From: Antedon mediterranea
Taxonomy: Eukaryota; Animalia; Echinodermata
DNA length: 64,000 nt
Assembly: GCF_964355755.1 (NCBI RefSeq)
Contig: NC_092674.1
Location: 14,260,001 to 14,324,000, forward strand
Direction of reading: 5' to 3'
Shown here: piece after piece, positions 48,063 to 61,815 of the stretch
How the letters are laid out: each line of letters starts with the position of its first letter
How positions within the stretch are numbered: position 1 is the first letter of the stretch
Position numbers and translations under genes: made by a program
The notes under the pieces: model-generated
Told to the model about the DNA's origin: nothing
Database searches by the model: none
What the model saw: the letters and a program-made list of their open reading frames with translations, nothing else

Positions 48063-49399
48063 TTACTATTTCCTACTGGAAGGAATATCAACACTTTGTC
48101 CCCTTCTACAAATTCTCTATCAATAGCATTCTTGTTATAATTGTGGGACATAATTTCTTGTTGTTCAAGTTTGTTTACATTAGCATCGTTCATTAATTCC
48201 TCCATTTTTTCTCTTATTTCTAACATGTATTTGATAACATCAGTAGATGTTTCTTCATCTTCTACCCAATTACTTTTGAGTAAACTCAAGGGTCCTCTCA
48301 CCTCTCTACCATAAAGCAATTTAAAAGGTGAATGGCCCGTCGCTTTACTAGGAACTTCTCTGTATGCAAACAGAAAGGGGGGTATGTAGTTATCCCAATT
48401 TTTTCTTTGCTTAACTGTAAGTGTCCTTATCATATTTTTCAATGTACCGTGAAATCTTTCAACAAGCCCATTGCTTTGGGGGTGGTACACTGTAGTCTTT
48501 AATTGATTAATCCCCAACATACTACATATAGATTGCATAATTGAAGACATGAAATTAGTTCCTTGATCATGTACAATCTCTTCGGGTAATCCTACTCTAG
48601 TAAAGACTTCTATTAGAGCCCTGGCTACTGTTTCAGCTCTAACATTGGGTAACGGGATAGCATCCGGATATCTCGTAGCATAGTCAATTATAGTAAGCAT
48701 ATATTTGTTATTACGGCTTGTTCTAGATAAGGGTCCAACAATATCTATCGCTATACGTTTAAATGGTGTACTTATAATCGGTAATGGTATCAAAGTATGT
48801 TTCCTTTTACTTTTACCCTTATCTACCTTTTGGCATTCCTTACAGACTTTACAATAGACTACCACATCTTTAAATATACCTGGCCAATAGAATTGGTTCA
48901 GGACCCTACTTTTAGTTTTCTCAACACCCATGTGACCTGCAAATGGCACATTATGACCTAAGTGTAATACACCCTGTCTACACTGAGTGGGTAATACAAT
49001 CTGTTCCACTTGGTTATTCTTATCTTTAATACTACTCCAATTTCTCATCAATATACCTTGTCTCATAAAGAAACATACCCTATGCTGACCTATTTCTTCT
49101 ATAGGGACTATCCTGTCAAACACTCCTTTGAGTGAGTCATCCTTAGTTTGCAATTTGATCAGTTCTTGTTTAGTTAGCTTGTGCTGTTGTTCATAAGTTT
49201 TATGTTTGACTGTTTTATCTTTAGCTTTATCCTCATTTTCGTCAAACAAATTATTCATTTCTGTTCCATTCATATCATCTAAACACTTAGTTTTATTTAC
49301 TTTGTTGTCATTTACTACTGTTTTCAACAATTGTACATTAGTTTCTTTAGGCGGCTCTTCTATCAGCTTAAAGTTACTATCTTTCCCTAACAATATCAT
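48063..49399 (-). pseudogene. Gypsy integrase (C-terminus deleted in this copy)
   Basis: H-x6-H...CxxC, DIVGPL, HDQGTNF, NGLVERFH; diverges from the second copy after VGNSK. Confidence 0.95.
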
Positions 49400-49960
49400 T
49401 TCGTCTTGTATTCTAACATCATTTCTATTCTGGCTTGCTCCCTAGTTAGGACGAACATTTCTTTAGCCATTGTTTCCCCACAATTCTGGTCCAAATCATG
49501 ACCCAATAACATGTCCCTCTGTAATCCTTCGATTACGGCTACAATCACTTTTCCTGTCACTATCTTACTTTCTATAGCTACCTCAGCTAAGGGGACGGTA
49601 ATATCGCCTCCTATACCTCTTAACGTAACCCATTTTCCTGGCAAGTAACATTTGTTAGGCACTAGACTTTCCTTAACAGCTGACTGGGTACATCCCGAGT
49701 CTCTAAGCATAGTTATATCCTGTCCTTCTAATTTTCCTGGTATTGTACATTTCTCCATTTTATTTTCTACACTATCTATAACTACTTGGGGTCTATCTGA
49801 TTTTAGTCCTTCACATCTTAAGCCATCTTTCACATTCGGGCCCTTCTTAGTGTCACTAGTCTTTCCTTTTGCTACCATCTTAGGACAATCCCCTATTTTA
49901 TGTCCCTTCTCCTTACAATTAAAGCATAAGCCATTAATCCATTCATTAGAAGGTTCTTTC
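49396..49960 (-). pseudogene. Gypsy zinc knuckle and aspartic protease
   Basis: CFNCKEKGHKIGDC upstream in frame; LRDSGC and MLLGHD protease motifs. Confidence 0.9.
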
Positions 49961-51026
49961 TGTTGGAAATTTCTACCATAGTTATGGAATTTGCCTCCCC
50001 TTCCGTGATACCTACAGTATTGTATCCTTGCTGCCTAGCTCCAGGGTTATTCTGAGTCGTACTATTCTTAGGTTTACTATTTTCTTGGCCCTTATAATAC
50101 ATAGGCTTATTTTCAGAATTTACGGCATTCCAATAGCCACGGCCACCTCTATTAGCTATATAATCATCGGCTATCATAGCCATATCATAGCTCTTATTTA
50201 CTTGTTTATCTCTAAGATAAAGCCTCAGATCTTCAGGCATTTTATCAAGTGCCTGTTCCATTATAATCATTTCAATAATGCCTGCAGCATCATCTTCTTT
50301 TACATTAGCACATTTCATCCAACATTTTAAATAATGGGAGAGCTCATTCAGCCATTCCCTGATGGACATATCTTTAACTCTGTTTGAATTTCTAAATTTA
50401 AATCTGTAGGTCTCTGCGGACACATCATACTTTTCTAAGATTGCCTTCTTTAAGGTATCATAATCTACACATTCTTTTACGGTTAAGGATGCATATGCTG
50501 TCCTAGCTTTACCAGACAGTTCAGGTGCTAACCTAGCGGACCACGTATTCTTATCCCAACCTGTGGCTTCTGCCAAGTGTTCAAATGTTCTAAAATATAT
50601 ATCAATATCATCTGATTCCTTCAAAGTAGGAACCTTTACCTTCATTTCATCTACTATATTCCTAGCATTACTGTAGCTAGACCTATTTTCTAATTCCATC
50701 ATTTTCACTCTTTCTTGTGATTCAATTTTTCTTTGCTCTATATCTATTTTCTGTGGCTCTATATCTGCTTCTAATCTTAATTGGTCTTGTTGGTATTGTA
50801 ATTCTAACCTTTTGTTTTCGGCCTCGGCCTCGAACTTCATTCGAAAATATTCGAGCATCATATCTTTAGGCATACCGCCGGGTATTTCGGGCAAATCAAT
50901 ATCCCTAGCCATGTTATCATACATTTCATTGACTTGGTCAACCTCTTCTTGGTCAACCATCTCTTCCCTAGTATCTTTTTCTGACATAGTCTTATCTATA
51001 TTTTTACCCGATCTTAAAGTTGTCAT
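49893..51026 (-). CDS. gag: Gypsy gag with SCAN-like capsid region (frameshifted before the zinc knuckle)
   Basis: MTTLRSG start; YFRTFE..W..W, LKKAILEKY..ETYRFKFR, IIMEQAL..MPEDLRLYL. Confidence 0.9.
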   Translation of the reverse strand: MTTLRSGKNIDKTMSEKDTREEMVDQEEVDQVNEMYDNMARDIDLPEIPGGMPKDMMLEYFRMKFEAEAENKRLELQYQQDQLRLEADIEPQKIDIEQRKIESQERVKMMELENRSSYSNARNIVDEMKVKVPTLKESDDIDIYFRTFEHLAEATGWDKNTWSARLAPELSGKARTAYASLTVKECVDYDTLKKAILEKYDVSAETYRFKFRNSNRVKDMSIREWLNELSHYLKCWMKCANVKEDDAAGIIEMIIMEQALDKMPEDLRLYLRDKQVNKSYDMAMIADDYIANRGGRGYWNAVNSENKPMYYKGQENSKPKNSTTQNNPGARQQGYNTVGITEGEANSITMVEISNRKNLLMNGLMAYALIVRRRDIK

Positions 51027-51558
51027 GCTAATAACAATTTTACTAATGAAATATGTAAACTTATGTATACAAAATATGTTATAAAAGTATTTGTATTACC
51101 TTGATTCCATTCAGATATGTAAAAAATATGAAATCCACATAAATTTTTAAATGCAATACAATCTAAGACATTAATTTACTTCAAAGTCACAAACAACGTT
51201 CCAAGTTCGCTCCGTACAAAAATTTGCTTTCGAAATAAAAAATAGTTTACAAAGTCAGCTTTGCAAATCTTCTCAAAATTTTCTGGGCTTCCTTCTGTTA
51301 CTTCAGTCTTCTTCTTTCAGATCTCGGTGAATATATACAGTATCTCCGATGAATATCCAGCAGTCTTGAGTAGGTACCTTGAGCTCAACAGTACTTCTTC
51401 TTCGTTGTAATATCCAAACAACGCACGGTATAAAAACTGTCAGGAATCCAGATCTTCGTAACCATTTAACTTTTTGGTTACTGATTTAACAGGCCCGTAG
51501 AGTAGGCACTGTCACTTCTTCTTCTTCTTGATACTTAAATCATGTATACAAAAATTTT

Positions 51559-51572
51559 CACCGCTGCCACCA
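51559..51572 (-). promoter_or_regulatory. Primer-binding site complementary to the tRNA-Leu 3' end
   Basis: TGGTGGCAGCGGTG immediately after the 5' LTR; mirrored at 57916-57929. Confidence 0.85.
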
Positions 51573-51973
51573 TGTAGTGAATTTATCTTAGTTGGTTCCG
51601 AGCTTTCTCAGGCGTATATATTTCCACGCGACGTACACAGCTGTCACTGAATGATAACTCATACAAAAAGTATATTTAACTCAACTAGAACTTTTATTCC
51701 TTGTAATTCGATTAATACATCTTTCTACCACTACCAGTCAAGCCTTAATATTCTCTTTATCATCTTTCCGTTTATCTACTTTGATCTTATTCTCTCTTTT
51801 CTTAATATCTATTACATTCTACTTTTATACTGGATATGCAAATTTTAGGCTTCAGAGGAGGATAACATTTTCCCTCCAAAAATTATACAATTTTGATTGG
51901 CTAATAATAAGGCGGACCTGGTCTAAAGCATCCTTCTCTAAACACAGAGAATCACAACATCAATAATATGACA
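51573..51973 (-). repeat. Gypsy 5' LTR
   Basis: TG...CA, 401 bp, primer-binding site on the inner side, TSD CTCAT on the outer side. Confidence 0.95.
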
Positions 51974-54900
51974 CTCATTCTAAAACAGATTTCCTTATCA
52001 TAATAAAATAATATATGAATTTAAATGTAATATTGTATACATAATATTAGTAATTGCCATTGCATTTATTATAATTATATATTATACGGTTACCCCTTAA
52101 TTATACTATAGTATAATTTTCTTGTTATATTTTACAATATTTTCTTCATAGTTCAACAATTTTTTCTTTCACAGGAGAAATTATCATACTGAATCATCAC
52201 ACACCAAGTCTCATAAATCTCTACTGTATTTCTCCAAGGTACTCCAGCTACATGGTATTGCCTTGAGGCTAAACTACAGTAAACGATATACTGGCACTAC
52301 CATCATTCCTGGCCCGTCAACCTGGACCACATTACAGTATGGTCCAACACATAAGTACAGTAGTCGTACTACTGATTCAAAATAGTGAATTACACCCTGT
52401 GGTCAAGGCTTTATTTGCTCTTATGCTTATTTCCTCCAAATATAGAGTACGTAGGGCTTTCGATTTGCTTTTATACCAGTTAATTTAAAAATCGTTTATG
52501 CCTATTGTTGCATAAAGTATCAAATTTAGACTGTAAATACTGGGATGATCACCCTAAATTTTCTTTTTCAATTAACAATTTTATATTTCACAGCTGAAAA
52601 ATGCACTAAAGCATCATATAGAGATTTTTTATTCATAACTGTTAAATTGCATCCCAATACATGGTACCTATATAAAAATACAAAGGCGGCCAACACAGAT
52701 AGTTTGATATATACAGTACTCTCTTATAAATAGATGTATATCTCCAAACTACTCCAACTACCTAATTAGCATACTACTGTACACTTTGTAGACAAGAAAT
52801 AAATTGTATCCACCTAGAGGACTTATGGTAGTACAGTCGATCGTCCTGTCACTGGCCCGGTCAACATAATCTACGCCTAGATTATTACAGTAAGTACATT
52901 ATTACAGAGATTTTTTTTTTTTTTGCAGAAATCAAAGTTATGTGTATAGAAAGCAGTACTCGTATTAAAAACTAAGCAGGTTATATTCTTGTACGCAAAC
53001 TGGCAGGATATTTTGAATATTTTTTGTTGTTGAAATGATGGAATCCTAACTTCATTTTCCACGAGCTGGAGAGTGACAAAGACATATTACGACCCTTTTA
53101 TTTAAATTTATTTGGATAGACCTCTATGTAAATTCATTAAAGGCTATATTATTGTTTTATATTTTAATATGTGATAGTAGATAATCATTGTGCATAATGA
53201 AGACTATGAATCTAATATTTACTTGCATTCTCATCTTTTTAAAATTGTATTTATAATGCTGGTAATGAGTTTACTATTGAAAAAGTCATGTTTCCACTTA
53301 TCTCAAATTGTGGCACACCTCTAACCTTGGTAGAACTGACTGTGTTCTACATGAGTACATTTATTCTGCCATATAGTAGTGTTTCCACCATACTTCAACC
53401 TGGTAATTGAATAAATTTCATCGGGGTAAAATTTAAACTAATTATCACCTTTTAACATAAAGTATCCTCCTGAAAAATGTTTGTACTGTACTTCATCTAA
53501 TATCCATTACTTAATACTAATTTGGGTGATTTATGTCTAACTTCAGGAATGATCTGAGGCTAGAAGAACGAATTTCTGTACATATAATTTATATAAAAAA
53601 TAAACCAATGTTTTCCTAATAACTTAACCCCTAGGTTGATAACTAACAAAGAAATTATTGAAATTGTGTTCTTACAATATATGTGTACTGTATCTACATA
53701 TGCATACTGCGTTCAAAAGAAGAATGTTTTATAGTTATTATAGGTAACTGGTTATTTCCAAATATTAAAGGTCTGATATCTAACATAAACTAAATGTTAT
53801 CAAACTATGTTTTTGAAAATCTTTATGATATAATAATTATAATAATATGAACATAATATTAAATTATATTGACTATTTTTGATAATCATCATGTCCTTAT
53901 AAATTCATTTATATTTATTTTGTGGTAATATAGTTTATATATTATGTATTAAATAAATTGGTAAGGCCCTATACTGTTTATATTTAAGGAAAGTTTATAC
54001 ACACTTTTATTTTATGCCTACCAATATTAGTATTAATTGTTTATGTAACTATTTTGTCTAATTGCATTGAATTTTTGTATAGGCCAATGGCATTAATGTT
54101 TTTCTCAAAGCAAATTAGCCTAATAATGCCATATTTAGACACACAATTCATTGATTTCTGATATTCTGTACTTGTGTATGCATTACTAAAATAGTAGTTA
54201 TTTTATTACTTTTATAATGTATAAACATTTATTCATTTTTTTTTTACATTTTTTAATTTAAAAATTATTAAAATACCTATCTACCTTTCTGTTATTGTTA
54301 CTATTATAATATTTTTTGAGGCAGATTGATTTCAATAAAAAAGAATTTAAAAAATTAATTTGACTTATACTGTACTATGTTAGTTCAGGAGATGAAGTGT
54401 GTGTGGGCAGAATCTGGTGTGTTGGAGGTTGGTGATGTGAGGTGTAAAGTTGTCACTTTAAGACCTAAATTAGATGTTTTCTGAAGAAAAGAAGTAAGAG
54501 GATAGGCTTTCAAACAACTTCAAGAAGATTCACACAGAAATATTTACTTCCCAATAAATAGTATTTATACCAAGTATCAAATGTTTTTGAATACGAAAAA
54601 TATTTTTTATCGATGTTTTTTGTATATGTTTTTAAGCAAAATTCTATCATAACCCTAATTTTTAATGTTCAATGTGATATTTATTGAAGTGCTTTGAATA
54701 CGTTGATGAAATTTGGAGGTATGAAACTTTGTTAGGAGTAGAATCAGCTTCAAGCATTAAATGTTAAAAATATGTTTATATTACTCATTAATTAATAATA
54801 ATTATTAATAAATTAATAGAAAACTAGAGAGGGCGCTTTTCGACAAGAAAATGAATGTTTTTTTATGTGTGTTATTTTTCCGCTCGAGTTTATTCAATGT

Positions 54901-57900
54901 ACTGTTATACACTGTTACATACTATTTTATTGGGAAGTAATTATTTCTGTGTGAATCTTCTTGAAGTTGTTTGAAAGCCTATCCTCTTACTTCTTTTCTT
55001 CAGAAAACTTCTAATTTAGGACTTAAAGTGACAAAAATACATCTCGCATCACCAACCTCCAACACACCAGATTCTGCCCACACACACTTCATCTCCTGAA
55101 CTAACATAGTACAGTATAAGTCAAATTAATTGATTAAAATTTTTTTTATTGAAATCAATCTGCCTCAAAAAATATTATAATAGTAACAATAACAGAAAGG
55201 TAGATAGTATTTTAATAATTTTTAAATTAAAAAATGTAAAAAAAAAAATGAATAAATATTTATACATACATTATAAAAGTAATAAAATAACTACTATTTT
55301 AGTAATGCATACACAAGTACAGAATATCAGAAATCAATGAATTATGTGTCTAAATATGGCATTATTAGGCTAATTTGCTTTGAGAAAAACATTAATGCCA
55401 TTGGCCTATACAAAAATCCAATGCAATTAGACAAAATAGTTACATAAACAATTAATACTAATATTGGTAGGCATAACATAATAGTGTATATAAACTTTCC
55501 TTAAATATAAACAATATAGGGCCTTACCAATTTATTTAATATATAATATATGAACTATATTACCACAAAATAAATAAAAATGAATTTATAAGGACATGAT
55601 GATTATCAAAAATAGTCAATATAATTTAATATTATGTTCATATTATTATAATTATTATATCATAAAGATTTTCAAAAACATAGATTGATAACATTTAGTT
55701 TATGTTAGATATCAGACCTTTAATATTTGGAAATAACCTATAATAACTATAAAACATTCTTCTTTTCAACGCAGTATGCATATGTAGATACAGTACACAT
55801 ATATTGTAAGAACACAATTTCAATAATTTCTTTGTTAGTTATCAACCTAGGGGTTAAGTTATCAGGAAAACATTGGTTTATTTTTTATATAAATTATATG
55901 TACAGAAATTCGTTCTTCTAGCTCATCTAGATCATTCCTGAAGTTAGACATAAATCACCCAAATTAGTATTAAGTAATGGATATAAGATGAAGTACAGTA
56001 CAAACATGTTTCAGGAGGATACTTTATGTTAAAAGGTGATAATTAGTTTAAATTTTACCCCGATGAAATTTATTCAATTACCAGGTTGAAGTATGGTGGA
56101 AACACTACTATATGGCAGAATAAATGTACTCATGTAGAACACAGTCAGTTCTACCAAGGTTAGAGGTGTGCCACAATTTGAGATAAGTGGAAACATGACT
56201 TTTTCAATAGTAAACTCATTACCAGCATTATAAATACAATTTTAAAAAGATGAGAATGCAAGTAAATATTAGATTCATAGTCTTCATTATGCACAATGAT
56301 TATCTACTATCACATATTAAAATATAAAACAATCATATAGCCTTTAATGAATTTACATGGAGGTCTATCCAAATAAATTTAAATAAAAGGGTCGTAATAT
56401 GTCTTTGTCACTCTCCAGCTCGTGGAAAATGAAGTTAGGATTCCATCATTTCAACAACAAAAAATATTCAAAATATCCTGCCAGTTTGCGTACAAGAATA
56501 TAACCTGCTTAGTTTTTAATACGAGTACTGCTTTCTATACACATAACTTTGATTTCTGCAAAAAAAAAAAAATCTCTGTAATAATGTACTTACTGTAATA
56601 ATCTAGGCGTAGATTATGTTGACCGGGCCAGTGACAGGACGATCGACTGTACTACCATAAGTCCTCTAGGTGGATACAATTTATTTCTTGTCTACAAAGT
56701 GTACAGTAGTATGCTAATTAGGTAGTTGGAGTAGTTTGGAGAGATACATCTATTTATAAGAGAGTACTGTATATATCAAACTATCTGTGTTGGCCGCCGT
56801 TGTATTTTTATATAGGTACCATGTATTGGGATGCAATTTAACAGTTATGAATAAAAAATCTCTATATGATGCTTTAGTGCATTTTTCCGCTGTGAAATAT
56901 AAAATTGTTAATTGAAAAAGAAAATTTAGGGTGATCATCCCAGTATTTACAGTCTAAATTTGATACTTTATGCAACAATAGGCATAAACGATTTTTAAAT
57001 TAACAGGTATAAAAGCAAATCGAAAGCCCTACGTACTCTGTATTTGGAGGAAATAAGCATACAGTAAGAGCAAATAAAGCCTTGACCACAGGGTGTAATT
57101 CACTATTTTGAATCAGTAGTACGACTACTGTACTTATGTGTTGGACCATACTGTAATGTGGTCCAGGTTGACGGGCCAGGAATGATGGTAGTGCCAGTAT
57201 ATCGTTTACTGTAGTTTAGCCTCAAGGCAATACCATGTAGCTGGAGTACCTTGGAGAAATACAGTAGAGATTTATGAGACTTGGTGTGTGATGATTCAGT
57301 ATGATAATTTCTCCTGTGAAAGAAAAAATTGTTGAACTATGAAGAAAATATTGTAAAATATAACAAGAAAATTATACTATAGTATAATTAAGGGGTAACC
57401 GTATAATATATAATTATAATAAATGCAATGGCAATTACTAATATTATGTATACAATATTACATTTAAATTCATATATTATTTTATTATGATAAGGAAATC
57501 TGTTTTAGAATGAGTGTCATATTATTGATGTTGTGATTCTCTGTGTTTAGAGAAGGATGCTTTAGACCAGGTCCGCCTTATTATTAGCCAATCAAAATTG
57601 TATAATTTTTGGAGGGAAAATGTTATCCTCCTCTGAAGCCTAAAATTTGCATATCCAGTATAAAAGTAGAATGTAATAGATATTAAGAAAAGAGAGAATA
57701 AGATCAAAGTAGATAAACGGAAAGATGATAAAGAGAATATTAAGGCTTGACTGGTAGTGGTAGAAAGATGTATTAATCGAATTACAAGGAATAAAAGTTC
57801 TAGTTGAGTTAAATATACTTTTTGTATGAGTTATCATTCAGTGACAGCTGTGTACGTCGCGTGGAAATATATACGCCTGAGAAAGCTCGGAACCAACTAA

Positions 57901-58461
57901 GATAAATTCACTACATGGTGGCAGCGGTGAAAATTTTTGTATACATGATTTAAGTATCAAGAAGAAGAAGAAGTGACAGTGCCTACTCTACGGGCCTGTT
58001 AAATCAGTAACCAAAAAGTTAAATGGTTACGAAGATCTGGATTCCTGACAGTTTTTATACCGTGCGTTGTTTGGATATTACAACGAAGAAGAAGTACTGT
58101 TGAGCTCAAGGTACCTACTCAAGACTGCTGGATATTCATCGGAGATACTGTATATATTCACCGAGATCTGAAAGAAGAAGACTGAAGTAACAGAAGGAAG
58201 CCCAGAAAATTTTGAGAAGATTTGCAAAGCTGACTTTGTAAACTATTTTTTATTTCGAAAGCAAATTTTTGTACGGAGCGAACTTGGAACGTTGTTTGTG
58301 ACTTTGAAGTAAATTAATGTCTTAGATTGTATTGCATTTAAAAATTTATGTGGATTTCATATTTTTTACATATCTGAATGGAATCAAGGTAATACAAATA
58401 CTTTTATAACATATTTTGTATACATAAGTTTACATATTTCATTAGTAAAATTGTTATTAGC

Positions 58462-59595
58462 ATGACAACTTTAAGATCGGGTAAAAATATAGATAAGACT
58501 ATGTCAGAAAAAGATACTAGGGAAGAGATGGTTGACCAAGAAGAGGTTGACCAAGTCAATGAAATGTATGATAACATGGCTAGGGATATTGATTTGCCCG
58601 AAATACCCGGCGGTATGCCTAAAGATATGATGCTCGAATATTTTCGAATGAAGTTCGAGGCCGAGGCCGAAAACAAAAGGTTAGAATTACAATACCAACA
58701 AGACCAATTAAGATTAGAAGCAGATATAGAGCCACAGAAAATAGATATAGAGCAAAGAAAAATTGAATCACAAGAAAGAGTGAAAATGATGGAATTAGAA
58801 AATAGGTCTAGCTACAGTAATGCTAGGAATATAGTAGATGAAATGAAGGTAAAGGTTCCTACTTTGAAGGAATCAGATGATATTGATATATATTTTAGAA
58901 CATTTGAACACTTGGCAGAAGCCACAGGTTGGGATAAGAATACGTGGTCCGCTAGGTTAGCACCTGAACTGTCTGGTAAAGCTAGGACAGCATATGCATC
59001 CTTAACCGTAAAAGAATGTGTAGATTATGATACCTTAAAGAAGGCAATCTTAGAAAAGTATGATGTGTCCGCAGAGACCTACAGATTTAAATTTAGAAAT
59101 TCAAACAGAGTTAAAGATATGTCCATCAGGGAATGGCTGAATGAGCTCTCCCATTATTTAAAATGTTGGATGAAATGTGCTAATGTAAAAGAAGATGATG
59201 CTGCAGGCATTATTGAAATGATTATAATGGAACAGGCACTTGATAAAATGCCTGAAGATCTGAGGCTTTATCTTAGAGATAAACAAGTAAATAAGAGCTA
59301 TGATATGGCTATGATAGCCGATGATTATATAGCTAATAGAGGTGGCCGTGGCTATTGGAATGCCGTAAATTCTGAAAATAAGCCTATGTATTATAAGGGC
59401 CAAGAAAATAGTAAACCTAAGAATAGTACGACTCAGAATAACCCTGGAGCTAGGCAGCAAGGATACAATACTGTAGGTATCACGGAAGGGGAGGCAAATT
59501 CCATAACTATGGTAGAAATTTCCAACAGAAAGAACCTTCTAATGAATGGATTAATGGCTTATGCTTTAATTGTAAGGAGAAGGGACATAAAATAG
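58462..59595 (+). CDS. gag: Gypsy gag (copy 2)
   Basis: Translation identical to 49893-51026. Confidence 0.9.
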   Translation: MTTLRSGKNIDKTMSEKDTREEMVDQEEVDQVNEMYDNMARDIDLPEIPGGMPKDMMLEYFRMKFEAEAENKRLELQYQQDQLRLEADIEPQKIDIEQRKIESQERVKMMELENRSSYSNARNIVDEMKVKVPTLKESDDIDIYFRTFEHLAEATGWDKNTWSARLAPELSGKARTAYASLTVKECVDYDTLKKAILEKYDVSAETYRFKFRNSNRVKDMSIREWLNELSHYLKCWMKCANVKEDDAAGIIEMIIMEQALDKMPEDLRLYLRDKQVNKSYDMAMIADDYIANRGGRGYWNAVNSENKPMYYKGQENSKPKNSTTQNNPGARQQGYNTVGITEGEANSITMVEISNRKNLLMNGLMAYALIVRRRDIK

Positions 59596-59609
59596 GGGAT
59601 TGTCCTAAG

Positions 59610-60092
59610 ATGGTAGCAAAAGGAAAGACTAGTGACACTAAGAAGGGCCCGAATGTGAAAGATGGCTTAAGATGTGAAGGACTAAAATCAGATAGACCCC
59701 AAGTAGTTATAGATAGTGTAGAAAATAAAATGGAGAAATGTACAATACCAGGAAAATTAGAAGGACAGGATATAACTATGCTTAGAGACTCGGGATGTAC
59801 CCAGTCAGCTGTTAAGGAAAGTCTAGTGCCTAACAAATGTTACTTGCCAGGAAAATGGGTTACGTTAAGAGGTATAGGAGGCGATATTACCGTCCCCTTA
59901 GCTGAGGTAGCTATAGAAAGTAAGATAGTGACAGGAAAAGTGATTGTAGCCGTAATCGAAGGATTACAGAGGGACATGTTATTGGGTCATGATTTGGACC
60001 AGAATTGTGGGGAAACAATGGCTAAAGAAATGTTCGTCCTAACTAGGGAGCAAGCCAGAATAGAAATGATGTTAGAATACAAGACGAAATGA
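59610..60092 (+). pseudogene. Gypsy protease (copy 2)
   Basis: Identical to 49396-49878. Confidence 0.9.
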
Positions 60093-61815
60093 TATTGTTA
60101 GGGAAAGATAGTAACTTTAAGCTGATAGAAGAGCCGCCTAAAGAAACTAATGTACAATTGTTGAAAACAGTAGTAAATGACAACAAAGTAAATAAAACTA
60201 AGTGTTTAGATGATATGAATGGAACAGAAATGAATAATTTGTTTGACGAAAATGAGGATAAAGCTAAAGATAAAACAGTCAAACATAAAACTTATGAACA
60301 ACAGCACAAGCTAACTAAACAAGAACTGATCAAATTGCAAACTAAGGATGACTCACTCAAAGGAGTGTTTGACAGGATAGTCCCTATAGAAGAAATAGGT
60401 CAGCATAGGGTATGTTTCTTTATGAGACAAGGTATATTGATGAGAAATTGGAGTAGTATTAAAGATAAGAATAACCAAGTGGAACAGATTGTATTACCCA
60501 CTCAGTGTAGACAGGGTGTATTACACTTAGGTCATAATGTGCCATTTGCAGGTCACATGGGTGTTGAGAAAACTAAAAGTAGGGTCCTGAACCAATTCTA
60601 TTGGCCAGGTATATTTAAAGATGTGGTAGTCTATTGTAAAGTCTGTAAGGAATGCCAAAAGGTAGATAAGGGTAAAAGTAAAAGGAAACATACTTTGATA
60701 CCATTACCGATTATAAGTACACCATTTAAACGTATAGCGATAGATATTGTTGGACCCTTATCTAGAACAAGCCGTAATAACAAATATATGCTTACTATAA
60801 TTGACTATGCTACGAGATATCCGGATGCTATCCCGTTACCCAATGTTAGAGCTGAAACAGTAGCCAGGGCTCTAATAGAAGTCTTTACTAGAGTAGGATT
60901 ACCCGAAGAGATTGTACATGATCAAGGAACTAATTTCATGTCTTCAATTATGCAATCTATATGTAGTATGTTGGGGATTAATCAATTAAAGACTACAGTG
61001 TACCACCCCCAAAGCAATGGGCTTGTTGAAAGATTTCACGGTACATTGAAAAATATGATAAGGACACTTACAGTTAAGCAAAGAAAAAATTGGGATAACT
61101 ACATACCCCCCTTTCTGTTTGCATACAGAGAAGTTCCTAGTAAAGCGACGGGCCATTCACCTTTTAAATTGCTTTATGGTAGAGAGGTGAGAGGACCCTT
61201 GAGTTTACTCAAAAGTAATTGGGTAGAAGATGAAGAAACATCTACTGATGTTATCAAATACATGTTAGAAATAAGAGAAAAAATGGAGGAATTAATGAAC
61301 GATGCTAATGTAAACAAACTTGAACAACAAGAAATTATGTCCCACAATTATAACAAGAATGCTATTGATAGAGAATTTGTAGAAGGGGACAAAGTGTTGA
61401 TATTCCTTCCAGTAGGAAATAGTAAGTTAGACAGTAAATGGCAAGGCCCCTTCACTGTTACAAAAAAGGTCAATGATGTAAATTATGAAATATACATAGG
61501 AGGTAGAAGAAAAGAAAAACAAATTCTACATGTTAATATGTTAAAGAGATGGTATGATAAAGTAGAAATAAGTAAAGATGGTTATTATGTAGTAACAAAT
61601 GTTCAGTCGATAGAAGAAGTAGACTTAAATGAAACAGTCCATGACAATGAGTTAGATAGTGAAATAGACATAGGATTGTCTTATCATCAATCACAAACAT
61701 GGAGAGATGTTAACGTTAGTAGTAATTTAAATGATACACAAACTAAACAATTAACAGAATTGTTAAAGTACCAACAGAATGTATTCTCGGATGTACCAGG
61801 TAGAACTCACTTAGT
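60089..61815 (+). pseudogene. Gypsy integrase including C-terminus and the start of RT (copy 2)
   Basis: Retains KWQGPF..HVNMLK and VFSDVPGRTHLV, absent from copy 1; interrupted at 61816. Confidence 0.92.

Larger units (their letters stand above)
32193..51973 (-). mobile_element. Full-length Gmr1-type Ty3/Gypsy LTR retrotransposon (gag-PR-IN-RT-RH), defective
   Basis: TG...CA LTRs, TSD CTCAT (32188-32192, 51974-51978), primer-binding site, polypurine tract, integrase upstream of RT; frameshifts, an internal deletion and a 14-kb insertion. Confidence 0.95.
48063..61425. repeat. Giant inverted duplication: arms ~48063-54565 and ~54918-61425, ~350-bp spacer
   Basis: Mirror-image ORFs with coordinate sum 109488 across the Gypsy part; non-Gypsy flank also mirrored. 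Confidence 0.97.

Noticed and set aside
52000-57500. Short mirrored ORFs in the inner palindrome arms
   Set aside because: No recognisable domains or consistent exon chain; duplicated only because of the inversion
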